Source: Ascidiella aspersa
Lineage: Eukaryota
Length of the DNA stretch: 64,000 nt
Assembly (NCBI GenBank): GCA_963924565.1
Contig: OZ004610.1
Location: 5,828,001-5,892,000 of the forward strand
Direction: 5' to 3'
Shown here: piece after piece, positions 35,463 through 47,865 of the stretch
Numbering within the stretch: position 1 is the first letter of the stretch
How the letters are laid out: each line of letters begins with the position of its first letter
Notes under the pieces: model-generated
Database searches by the model: none
What the model was told of the DNA's origin: nothing
What the model saw: only the letters and a program-made list of their open reading frames with translations
Made by a program: the position numbers and the translations under genes

Positions 35463-38400
35463 TTATTACCAGTCATACCTTGCATGAGAACGAAGGGGCC
35501 GTTTTGGGTGGGCATTGCGACGTAGTTTCCACCCTGGGGTGGGGGCTGGGGCAAGGCGCTGCTGTCGAGTACAACTAGCTGCGCGTTGTCGGCCGAGCGG
35601 TGGCAGTTGCGCTCTGGTTGTTCGTTGCAAGGGCAGTGGCAAACCTCGCGCGTCTCCTTCTTGATGATGACGATTGGCACGCCGCTGAAGCTCTTCTCTG
35701 CGCAGGAAAAACGTATAATTTTTTCATAGTTTCGGTTAGCGTTCTGCTGTTTGTCGCGAATTCATCTCTGGGTGTGCGACGAGGCACTCAGGCATGAGGC
35801 GTTTTTGAACGCACTTTATGGAAATGGTTTTGTCACTATTATTTTTTTTGTAACGCGTAACTGTGCAAATAAAGACACGTCCCATTTTTGCTAGTTTTAT
35901 CATGCCAAAGGTGATATATGAAGACACAGGGGTAAGAGTTCGATTATAAGAACAATCGGCATGTTTTGGTGGAGACCTTATGAATAATTTATTAACGAAT
36001 TTCTGCTATAGCAAACAGGAAATGCTTGGTTTCTAGACATAGAGGCGATCTCGGTTATGAAATTCACGGAATCCATAAACGCAGGGTCGTATCCAGAAAA
36101 TCAAAAAGGCGGGGGGTTCTGAATTTTCAACTAAGGGGCACCTTTTCGTCAATAGTTAAACAATATTGACGTCATAAACTAGTGACAGGTATGACGTCAT
36201 ATAAAATAATCAGACAAAACCAATTAACGTCCAGCAAAAAAAAAACGCAAAGTGAACCACGCTTCTAAATCGCTTAGTGTGCAATCGTTGACGGTGAAGT
36301 ATGTGTGATTGATTTTGGTAGAATCATGTTTAGACTATATCAGCAGCACATTTTCCTAAGTTCCATGTACGTGACCACGCTAAATTGCAAGCACGCCTCT
36401 CGCCACCTGCAATACTAAACGAAGATCGGTTTTCCCAAATTACACACTAAACACGTGGTCTTAGAAAATACTTAACTTGTCAAAGCCGTTTTTGCTACTG
36501 CATCGATTTCTTAATCAAAATCCCTAAATTGATTTAGTCTCCAAGGCACGGCGCAATCCGGATTTTAAAAGGAATATGCTTTCTTTTTGTTTTTCAAGGC
36601 GCTGTTGTCTCGGTTGGTTGTGAGCTTGCCAAATGGGGAAACGATCGATCGGGGCTAGACATGTCATGCACATAAATTTCGAAGACGACCTTGAATTTCG
36701 CCAGTGTTATTCTCCCAAGTAAGTATGGAGTTTAAACTAACATTTGGGTTTGCACTTTTTAACTTTTTTACTCTTTTTGGGGGGCCTTTTAAGGCGATAT
36801 TGGGTTTAAATAAACAAGCACTTACAGTGGCGCATGATGTGCTGTGAAGAAACCTAGGACTTTAAACACAATCTGGAAGAGTCGTGTCGCGTGTTACTGT
36901 AGTGTATCGCTTCCCTGTTAATACATGACAGATCCTACAGATTCTACATGCTTTTAAGTCGCGTATTCATGCTTACAAGGTTACTGTAAACCGGTTCTTT
37001 TAACGCGTGGTCTGTGCAAAGGATTGGTGTCTACAGAAAAAAATATTTAAATTAGTCGCCACCGCGGACGTATAATAGGTAAATGCCCTTTTATTTGAAC
37101 AGTACGCATTTTAAGTTTCGCTTGCTGCCTGTTCGTAAAGACTATGACAAACTTAGGAATCTCTCCAGTTACACAGTTTGAGAACCACTGCCGTAAACCA
37201 ATACTTGAAACGCAAAGCTAGGCAAAGGAACAAAGTGTTACGTATTGTCTGGAGAAATCCAAACAAACGAATTGAAAGGCCGATGGCTTACCTGATATGG
37301 CCTGCATTGCAACTTTGGTCAGCGAGTCGATTTCCGATTGCTCCAGATCGCAAGGGGCTGCTGCTGCTGTGGCGGCCATCGCGTTGTTCCGATCTGATTA
37401 AGAGAAAATTCAATTTGTATCGTAATCGTGAAGCATCGATCCGCCTTCGAACACTCTTGTTTTGACGAGCACGACTTTAAACTTAGGCGAGTTTGCAAGC
37501 ACCAATACAAACAATGTCGTTTAGCGGTTTTCTAAAAAATCATTTTTGTCGGATGTTAGAGTGTGGTATCGGTGCCGATCCGAGACAAAATTAATTCGTA
37601 CACTTCAACCTTGTATTGAGATCCAGCTAGAGCTTTCTACTTTGAAATGAAATTTTCTAAAGCGACTAAAGGCAGTAGGCACCTTTTTCATGCACAGTGG
37701 TGCGTTGGAAGGGTATTTTTATCAAGTGTACAGAGTTAGCAGAATGCAAACGACGTTCTTGTTTTTCTTTTTGCTTTTATTAAAGTTAGACAGGTCATTA
37801 AAATTTTGCCATGCTTAATTGCTTACCGATTTGCTGATTGGCGTCAACCTGCTGCAAAGTGACCACGTTTGGTGACGGTTGCTGCATGTTCAGGCTGCCT
37901 GGAGAGTGCTGCTGCATGTTGATACTGCCGGGCGAGTGCTGTTGCATGTTTATGCTGCCAGGGCTTGACATTGAGGTGCAAGCGTCGCTCGACGCCGGCG
38001 AATGGTGGAGTTCCTGCGTAGAAACGTGCTTTAATATCGTTTTGAAGGCGGCGCGTGTGTCGCATTGGCACGCCCGCAGGAATTGAATTGTTTTAGGCCT
38101 GCTGCTGCTGCTGGTGATGCGTGACACGCGACGCGGCTGGAGTGTTTATTATTGATTTGTCCGAGACGAGGCCAACTTGCGAGCCACCACGAGCGCGTTA
38201 CTGTAGTTGTTGTTACATCAAACTGTTGGAAATAAAGTTTTCTTTTAAAAAGGTGTCACATTAAAGTCACTGCGTTTGGTCACGAAACTGGTTACATGCA
38301 CATCACAAATATTGCCATATCTCCTTTAAAGAATAAATATGCTGTTGCTACTAGGCATAGTATATAGTGGGGGTGAAATGTTCTGCACAGATGTTCATTT

Positions 38401-41400
38401 TGGCGTTTTATTTTGATTTTTGCCCGAATCCAACTTGAAAAGCAAAAAAAAATTGGCTAAAGCCAAAATTTAGGGGTTTAGGGGGTCATACGGGGGGAAG
38501 TACACCAAAATCAAGTTGGGTAAGGGCAAAAATCAAAATAAAACGCCAAAATGAACAGCTGTGCCAAAATTCTCACGTCTACCTATCGTTTGCATGCCAG
38601 AAGTTTTTTTTTTGACACATAGCTCCCCCACTATATAAACTAGAAAGAAGCTCTTCAGGTACTTATTTATTTTGTCCGACGTTCGGCTGCCTCTACAGGA
38701 TGCCTTCCTCAAGGAATGCCACAACACCATAGTGCGTGTCACTTTACTTCTCATAAAGGACTGGTAGCAACAGCATATTTGTTTTTTAAATGAAATATCA
38801 CATTTGTGATTTGCTTGTCAGCGTTTTTTTTTGACAAAACGCTGCTACTTTGATGTGTCATCTTTGAAATGAATTAACTTGATCTATGAGTAATCTCCTT
38901 CAAAGATTAGACTGTGTGGGCGGACAACATAATTCTAGTGCGTAGAGTTTATTCAAATTTCGATTTTTCGCGAGTTGTGTTATTCCGATCAAATTTGATA
39001 AATTGTTTTGCTGAGTAATATCTTTTTGCAGCGCACTTAAAACCATTTTTTAAATCTGGGTTAAAGGGCAAAGTGACTGCAAGATGATATTAGGTAAACC
39101 TCACGGTTCAAATAGTAAGCTCCAGTAAACCATGACAATGCACTATCGCTTGGCGTGACTTTTACCAATGCTGTTCGACCGCTTAGCAAGCTGCAATGGG
39201 TTTGTGAAGACATTTTACAGCACGCCTCTGCAGCCACAAAGCATTTGAACGCTATTTTTTATTTTTTTAATGAATAATGTTGGACTTTCAACGCTTTTAT
39301 TTGTTAACTGAATTTAAATGTATTTGAAATGTCTATTCAAGCAAAATCCACGGGCTTTGCTATAACTTTTATGAGTCTTTAAACAACATCTAACTATTGT
39401 TCACTCAAAAGCAAATGAACACAAAATATTAACACACGTAATTACTTAAAATAAAGTAAGACAAATTCCCGTGGTTTAATTTTAAAAGGAAGGAAATTTA
39501 AAATCCACTATTTTTAAACATTCGGTATTAATATTGAACCTACATATACAGGAGAATGGCGTGACGTGTTGTACGAATCCGGATTGTTGAGCCGCAGTGA
39601 GTCAGCTGCCCCCAAAAGCATTTCGGCTGCCTTGTCCTGCAAATTAAGAGCAATCGTGAAAACCAACATTACCACCTGTTAGACAACTTTAAGTCCGGGC
39701 CTGTTGCATTGTATTCCGAGTTTTAAAAAAAAACGCCTTTAGACCATATATATTTGTCTGTTAATTATCATTGATACCTCAAAAAAGGTATTTAGTTTGT
39801 TAACATTATTTTAATTTATCTGTATGATTATAAGAAGTGTGAGATTTTTAAAAAATGTTCAGGTTTTAGTTTATTGTTTGGAAAAGAAAATGAGGTTAAC
39901 AATTTATTTTAAATTGTGTCTAGCCAATAGATTTGCTTGATTTTAATACATAGAACAAAATAACCTTATGAATTTAATTTGAATAGTAAATATTTGTTTG
40001 CAGCATTCAAGAGTTTATGCAGTTTACCTCAAAGATTAAAATAAATAGGAAAAAAGGCTTGTAATTTATTTACAGTTTATAACCATTTTTTTTTATAAAC
40101 AATGTGTCGAAAGCGCCACAGTAATCTATAGTTAAATTTTGGGGCAGAATGGTTGGAGGTTGTAGTAAGATGATAGTAAAAATACAAAAGCCCTATCATT
40201 TTGAATGTTACGAATAACTCTTTATTAGTCATTACGTTAAAACTGAATAAAGAGTTATTCAAAGCGTTCAAAATAATACGTCTGTATGGGCTTTGAAATT
40301 CTTGCTAAGCATAGCAAATCAGTTTTAAACAGCTCAAACGAGTTTGAGAATTCAAAAATGTTCAACTAAGAAATATTGATTGCAACCTGAACGGAATGCC
40401 GCGTCGTTTCGGGCATAACATAAGCAGATACAAAAGATTTTTTGCAGGGATTATAGTATTCCAAATGTCATGTACCAGTTAACGTGCAACTGCGTGGCTA
40501 CTCATATAAAATAAACCCACCGCAATGTTAACACGATAGCAAATAAACTACACACGGGCGGTTACAAGCATCGGGATATTTTTTAATACTTCAAAAGATA
40601 ACTTAAGTCAAACATGGTTTAATGGCATTTCTCATTTTCGTTTTCTGCATACAAGCAGCATTTCAGATAGTTAATTCGTTAGCTAAACACTCTAGCGAAG
40701 TCAGCAATTCATGTCAGAAACTATTAAATATCTTTAACAGTGTCTAACCTGAATGGCTAGCTTTGCTAGAGTGTTCTGCTGTTATCTTGCAAGGGATAAG
40801 GTGATTATCACATACTCAGAGCAACATTATTTCATTGAAGGATTTAATCATTTAAGCAGTATTTAAGGATACCGGCATTTGTAACGCATTCAACAAACCA
40901 AAATGGCAACGTTCCACGTTGAGCCGTTTAAACCTAGAAATGATCAGTAGTGTTACGTAATCACCTTATTGAAGTGTACTGTGCCCTTTCTCATTAATAA
41001 ATAGCGGTGCGTGGGCGGTTAAGGATAACTCGTGTCAAATGATAAAAAACAGATGTGCCCGCCCAAGCCAAGGCATAAAAAGGAAAAAGAAGCGCGTACA
41101 ATAAAGGCTAACTAATGTATCCAGGCATTAAAAGTTAAAAAAACTGTCTTTTGTTCGAAGCGTATTAATCTTTCTCGTGGGACACACGAACTTGAGGATA
41201 CCATTATCGTCCTAATTAATTCTAGAGCGGAACATCAAAAATACCTTTAAAAGCTAACAATGACAGAGCAGTGTTTATGGGCCGCCGTTTAATATATCAA
41301 TTGGTTCTGAGCAAAAGTTAATTTAAAAAAAGCCCGCAAATGCTAAACAAATGAAAGGCATGGTTTATATTAAATTAAAATCGAACTTATTAATTCAAAA

Positions 41401-44400
41401 GTCTTCTGTTTTATTCGCTTAAAAAAAAAAAGTTCAGTGAACATCATTTGGTCGCCCAAGCTTTGAGGTTATACTTACGCTAAGTAATTGGGTCGCAACG
41501 ACATAAAGGGTTGAGAAACACTGCTTCGAGGTATCGACTTACCAGATCGTAGGTGCCTGTAGACGAGGGGTTAAATTCCATTCGATTGTTGTTTTCCTTA
41601 TGGTCTTTCGACTTGTGCTGCTTCAGACTGTGTTGTGTGGCGTACGACTTCGAACAGCCCCCTTCTTGGCACGAAAAAGGCCTTTCACCTGGAATATAAA
41701 TAGACTTCTCGATTTGCATGGAAATTTAGCAAAGCGCTGAATACAATTGACCATATAAGCAGCTATTAAGACGCGTACACTTTCGTTATTATATAAATCA
41801 AACAGTATATTGCACTCATCGTGTTTCTAAAAAATGCCAAAGATTTTTTAAAGATTTTTTAAACAATTTTAAAGCAATGCACTTTTGACTTTATTTATTT
41901 AATGCAGTTAAAGCTACGAATCTCCCGGGTTTCAGGAAACTCCCTCCCCCCCAAAAAAAAAAAAACAATAAACAAAAAAAAACAGTGGGTTGTTGTATTT
42001 TGATCCAAAGCCCTTTTGACCTTATTTATTTAGTGCAGTTAAAGATACAAATCGCCCGTGTTTCAGGAAAAGCACCTCACCACCCAAAAACAAACCAAAG
42101 AACAGTAGGTTGCTGTATACTTACCCGTGTGACTTCTTATGTGCGACTTAAGGTGGTGACTGACGGTGAACGCTTTCGTGCATGCTGGAACGTTGCATCT
42201 GGGGTTTCAAAAACGCAAAAATTAAATTTGCCGCGTTCGCAATGACTCGCTACAAAGATTTAACTACACGGCCGCCCACCAAACTGTTGCTAAAATGTGA
42301 ATAGTATACAAATATTAAATAAATTCAAACAATTTTGGAAAAACAGAATTTTTTTAAAGATTTTAAGACTTTGAGGCAACTCTGGAATATAAACTAATTT
42401 TTTTCACATTTCTAACCCTTAAATGTGACCATATGAATGGGATTGATCTAGATACCACTACCGTTCTATCTTTTTTACACCTGCTGGTACTAACTGACTG
42501 ACTTAGACATCACTTTCTTTCGCTGTTACTTTAATGACTATTATGGCTTTATTATTTTGTTGCAATTACCGAGACAACCCGTGTATAACGTTTCAAAATC
42601 AGTCTGCAACGTAGTACACTTTATAAGCAAGTAGCACCTTAAAAACGCGTGGTGACCGCTTTGCAAAATCGTGTGTTTGCTGCAATCATCGATTTTTGAG
42701 GACAACTTTGAAACAAGGTTTGTTGGGATGCCGATGGAGCGAACCAACAAACGTAGTTGTGCGGGATTCTGGCTACGGTTAAACTGATCGTTCTTTTAAT
42801 GTCCCCACTGCGTTCATTTGTATTGTTTCGTATTTCACTTTCACTGGTTTTGGTTTACAAGTTATGTTACAACGCATTTAGTAAACACATACAAGATTAA
42901 TCAATTATTCACGGTCTATAGTATTCGAAATGTTTTACATTTTCGACAATAAAAAGGGCAATCGATTGGCTATTGTCTTTTGGTTTTGGTAGCCATGTAA
43001 GAAATATTAACAGTTTGTATACGATTTAAACCAAAGAGCACCCCAGGGATCAGGATTAAGTGCAATAAGCGACATTTGTGTGCCGGCAATCCGAGTGTCT
43101 CGTTATTTAACAAGCACGTGCCCTCAAAATAGAAAAAATATTGAACACAACTTTGACGCAAAACAAAGAAAACGCCGTTTTAAGTTGAAGGCGAATTAGA
43201 TAGCAAACCGACACGCTACAACGGAATGTACGAAACGACCGAGGGTGTTATCCATCTAACAACTGCAACAACGTCTCAAGTTTAGGAAAAGTTTTCTTCA
43301 TTGTGCTGAGTCATATCGTGCAAAATGAGACAAGAGTTTTTTGTACAAGCTTTTGAATCATCCCCAGAAGATTACAAACCCGAATTTTGATTTTTTTATG
43401 TATTGCAATATTTATATTTTTGTTTGATTTTTTTCGGAAACATAAACACTAAAAAGCGTCTTATGAAATGCTGAGCAAATATGTACGCGGTAATTTAAAA
43501 CTTTAAAAAATATGCCAAAGCGTTTTTCGATATTCTAAATGGATTTTTTCTAAACAGTTTTTGCACTTTAAGGCTAACAGGCCGGTGTGTTGCTTCTCAC
43601 TAAAATGGTGACAGAAATTGAAAAGCAAAGTCTGTCTCATTTTTAAACAATAATTTATTCTTTCTAAAATGGATTATAATCACCACATTGTTGCCGTACC
43701 GTTAAACTGTCGCCTACAAAGGAACATTGCCAATGGTTTACTCCACACTGGTATTACAACATTATGGCATAGGAATTAGTAGGTGGCAGTATAAACACTG
43801 CAATGTTATAACGTATGTCCCTAAATTAGAAATGCAATTGATGACCAAAACTACCAGCTTAGACCGGCAGAAAACCTGAACGTTTTTTGCATGTAATGCG
43901 TATGATTGGATTCTCTTCTTATTGATTGAAAAAAGAAAACAACAAATGCTGTTCAGATGGCAAACCAGAATGGAGCAGCTTATTAAAAAGATTTATGGCC
44001 AAGATTTGCAGTAATACACGAAACATAATAAATGGGATGTTCCTGGATAACAATATCATTTGCTTGTCAACTGTTTAGCTATTGGAATTTAGACTGAGTA
44101 CTTATATTTTTGAAAAGACATTAATATGCTTAATTAGCAAAAGTTAAAGTGACGTTTCCAGCAAAACAAACTTTACTGTCATTTTGAATATTAAATACTA
44201 CATATTCCATGTACATAGGATGCCTTCCACAAACGGCTAACCAAAATCAGTCAATCTAACCAGGATTTAAGTGATTGGTCACTCAATACATATTGTGTAT
44301 ATCAACGTTTCAGTAACAAACCATGTAGTAATAAATGTAGGCCTTTTCTGTAAAATGCATTTCATTTAATGGGTATTTTATCAAATAGCTGGATTTATTA

Positions 44401-47400
44401 GGTAAATACACCTGCAAAATATATAAGATACTGATAAGTGTACTATGGCTGTTATTATTGTCTTTTACATAGGTTATAACTTAACAGCACAGGCCAAATA
44501 TATATTGAAATTAACCTTTGAAGAGCCCAAACTGTGACAAAATGGTGATGGGTAACAGAGGTCCACCTACATTAGAAACGTTTATATTTTTTTTAACATA
44601 GATTTAACCACTTTGACTTTAGGCACAATTATATATATTGGTGAATGCCTTTCTAGTGTATTACTCCAATCAAACACATCTTTTTTACTTCTTAATCTTG
44701 GTGTTAATTTGTGTTTTACAACTTATAAAAATGATCAAAAAACTTGGGCAGTACACTAATGTCATGCTCATGCATAGTTGCTGGAGTTGAATAATCAATT
44801 AACAGCACTGCCATAGAATTTGTAGAAACTCACATTGCAGTCAGTCTGTATGGCTATATGAAGATGTCAGTGATTTTCTAGGAATTTTTCTTTTAACTCT
44901 AGGTGACAGATGGAGGTAAATAAAATTATAAATAGTTGGATGGTTGCTGCTTGGCTGCTGCACATATCTTAATATTGAATATATGTACAAACCCAGAATG
45001 TAAAGTTTAAGTTATTAGTTCTCCATTAGGCTTTTAGGGAGTTTTTACTCTGGTAAACTTTATACATTTTTATTCAACAAAATTTAGGTAATCTCCCACT
45101 TTTACCTAATAAGCTAATTTATTTACCTTTAAAGATTAAACAGCAGTTTGTCGTAAATAACGGTAATTTATGTATGATTAAAAAATGTAGTATTGCATCA
45201 AAGTCCAGGCAAATAGAACTTGAACAAACTTGAAAGGTCTTTCTCCAGTGTGTATGCGATAATGCTTTCGTAAATCGCTCAAGGTGGTAAAAAACTTTGT
45301 GCAGCCTTCAGAGTCGCAGTTGAAGGTCTGACCATTGTGCAACCGTTGATGTGCCTTTAATCTAAAGTCAACTTGGATGTTAAATTATAACATAATGCTA
45401 TTCGGTTGTATAAAGGGTAGACACATGTAAAAATGTAAACAAACTATGAAAATATTTTTTATGCTTTTCCATTCTTTATTTGTTAAAACAATTCAAATCA
45501 AATGTTTTCCTGAATAGTTAAGTCATCTCTTAATTAGTCACTTGAGTATTTTTTTAATAACATTTCCATAATTACATATACCATTAGTTTTTTTTACCTG
45601 TACAAGGTATTAAATGACTTTTCACATTGTTGAACCTGGCATTGATATGGCCTTTCTTTTGTGTGAACCCGAACATGCACTTTAAGGCTGTAGCTGGTGA
45701 GAAATGCTTTTCCACAGCCCTCCTACAAAACAATTAACATTGTGGCACTTTAGAACAATATTATGCTTTATTATTTTGAAAACAAAAACAACATCCGGGT
45801 GCTTTTTAAATAGTGATTACACAAACCTGGTCACAGCTGAAGTAGTATTCGCCCCTGTGGGTTTTTTGATGGGACTTGAGGTTGCCTGCAGTGCTGTATG
45901 CTCTTTCGCAGCCCGTGTAATGGCAACTAAACAAGACCAGGTTAAATTTATATACATATATATATACACAGTACACACAATTTATTACTGAATATGTAAC
46001 TGAATAAAAAGTGTTGTACCAAAAATTCAATAAACATACGTGTATAGGTGCTGAATTTTTAAATTGCAGGGCGTTTTTTTCATCAGTGCAAAAATAATTT
46101 ATTAATCACACAAATAATTTGACAGCTCTTTTTGACAAAAACTTTCATACAGCACCATTGGGTTGTTAAAATGAGCGCCATATAATATCGAAAAGAAAAA
46201 AAATTACATTTACATTTACATAAAAAAAATAGTTTGAGGGTGCCATGGTCTAATAAATGGTAATTTCCCGAAAACACTGTCTTTTTTTATTTTTAACAAA
46301 TGTGCAGGTACCCAAAATGTTGTGTTTAACCATAAACAATGTGAGCAAAACATCAAATGTAAATGTGCCCAAAAGGGCATGTTTGGACACATATTGTAAA
46401 CTTTGGTGGGTAAACATTAGGTACTAAAAGTATTATATATATATATATTCTAAAATCATTGCAAAATAATGGTGTTTCAGCTACAGGAGATTATGGACAC
46501 TATATACCCTTAAAGAAACCATAATTAAACATTAATAGCACTGTAAATATAGTATCAATTTGAATTTGAGTTCCAATATTTACCAAAATATATATATGAT
46601 TTAATTTTTACATTGTCAGATTTCCTAGAAGTGTACACAGCGAAACATAAGCTTTAACATACCTTTTTGACTTATAACTGACTTACTTAAAGCGCTTGAT
46701 AGATTTTATTTGATTTTCATCAGTGGATTCCAGTGTAAGTGTGGCACAATCTATGTTACAGTCTTGGGGCATGCAAACATCTGCTGGGGGCGAAAACGAC
46801 ATCATAACCTGAAAAAAATTCATTGTTATCAACTAACATGGTTTCCTTAATATTTTGGATCTATATATACTTCCTATGTATTTATCATTTTGGATGTATA
46901 ACCCCTTACATCTAACTATTCAATTAAAAGAAAATAGAATTTAGAAAATGTACGTTGCTGTAAACTTATTTGTATTTTTACCTTATCATCTTCAGGCATT
47001 ATGGTATGTCGAATCATTCCCCTTCCATTGTTCTTATCCGAGTTTTCATCCACTGCCATTTGGGACCTAAATAACAAAGTTACAATTTGCAAATGTTGTC
47101 AAGTAATGTATACATTTTAGACGGGGACAATAACATAAATAGTTTAGTGTTTGCACACAACTGAATTTTTGTAATTTTCTAAAGCTGCATATCCCCATTT
47201 CAAACAATGTTTAGAATATATAATTACCTTTATGTTACACAATTGAATGTCATGATGCAACTGAAAATATACCTGGAGTAATCACTGTTTCCATTTTGAA
47301 AATAACTTTGAGTTTGATCTTGGTTGTTGTTGGTTATATTCCGATAGTTATTTCCTCCCAGTGCTGAACTAGAGTCCACCGAAACACTTGTTTGATCGAA

Positions 47401-47436
47401 AGTAAGTTTGTTAAATTTTTTTTCTGAACTTTCCAT
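35108..47436 (-). CDS. MTF1: Metal regulatory transcription factor 1 (six C2H2 fingers plus a cysteine cluster)
   Basis: Exons 47436-47273, 47066-46982, 46808-46687, 45926-45827, 45722-45598, 45361-45230, 42198-42125, 41688-41543, 39636-39544, about 38136-37827 (5' boundary uncertain), 37393-37292, 35697-35108. MTF1 signatures: [74 protein letters not shown], and [14 protein letters not shown] (human VPVIIIKQEEACQCQCAC). Confidence 0.95.
38250..38866. mobile_element. Nested fold-back elements in an MTF1 intron
   Basis: Inner element tatagtggggg..cccccactata (about 38363-38635) with long inverted arms (ttcattttggcgttttattttgatttttgccc). Outer inverted arms aaatatgctgttgctac / gtagcaacagcatattt and atcacaaat / atttgtgat. 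Confidence 0.7.
40148..40303. mobile_element. Older, diverged copy of the 47676-47865 hairpin element
   Basis: Shares the aatggttggaggttgtagtaaga head and imperfect arms gaataactctttatt / aataaagagttattc..ctgtatgggctttga. Confidence 0.7.
41883..42117. repeat. Tandem duplication of about 130 bp next to the donor of the MTF1 finger-5 exon
   Basis: Two copies of ttttgac.ttatttattta.tgcagttaaag.tac.aatc.cccg.gtttcaggaaa...aacagt.ggttg.tgtat. Confidence 0.7.
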
Positions 47437-47675
47437 TTTGACAACACAGCTAGCAAGCAAGTTTGCTTAACACTGCATGCAAAGAGTGTTTTAACACTGA
47501 AATATAAAGAAAATCAAGCATGAAGCTTTAGTTTTACACTGTAAATATATAATGCCAAGCCCTATACAAAAAGCTTTAAAGTTTTCTCCACTGATACATC
47601 ATGCGTGTGATCTGTCATGGCATAGTCCACTGTGGAAAGTATATGACACAAGTTTTCCTAAACAATTACTGACAT

Positions 47676-47865
47676 TGGAGCATAATGGTTGGAGGTTGTA
47701 GTAAGACGTAATAAGAATATCAAAGCCCATACAGAAGTAGGTATCATTTTGGACGTTTCGAATAACTCTTTATTCATTTTCAACAATGTTGAAAATGAAT
47801 AAAGAGTTATTCGAAACGTCCAAAATGATACCTACTTCTGTATGGGCTTTGATATTCTTATTACG
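47676..47865. mobile_element. Penelope-like retroelement remnant: perfect 79-bp inverted repeat containing a minimal hammerhead motif, 12-bp TSD
   Basis: Arms 47707-47785 and 47787-47865 are exact reverse complements with a 1-nt spacer. Flanking direct repeat aattactgacat (47664-47675, 47866-47877). Motif TTGAAAA-T-GAATAA-agag-TTATTC-GAAA-CGTC. The structure is observed; the family call is inference. Confidence 0.7.

Noticed and set aside
10985-47436. GST, TMBIM4 and MTF1 as a co-regulated stress-response cluster
   Set aside because: Mixed orientations and an unrelated gene in between; nothing beyond thematic similarity without synteny or expression data.
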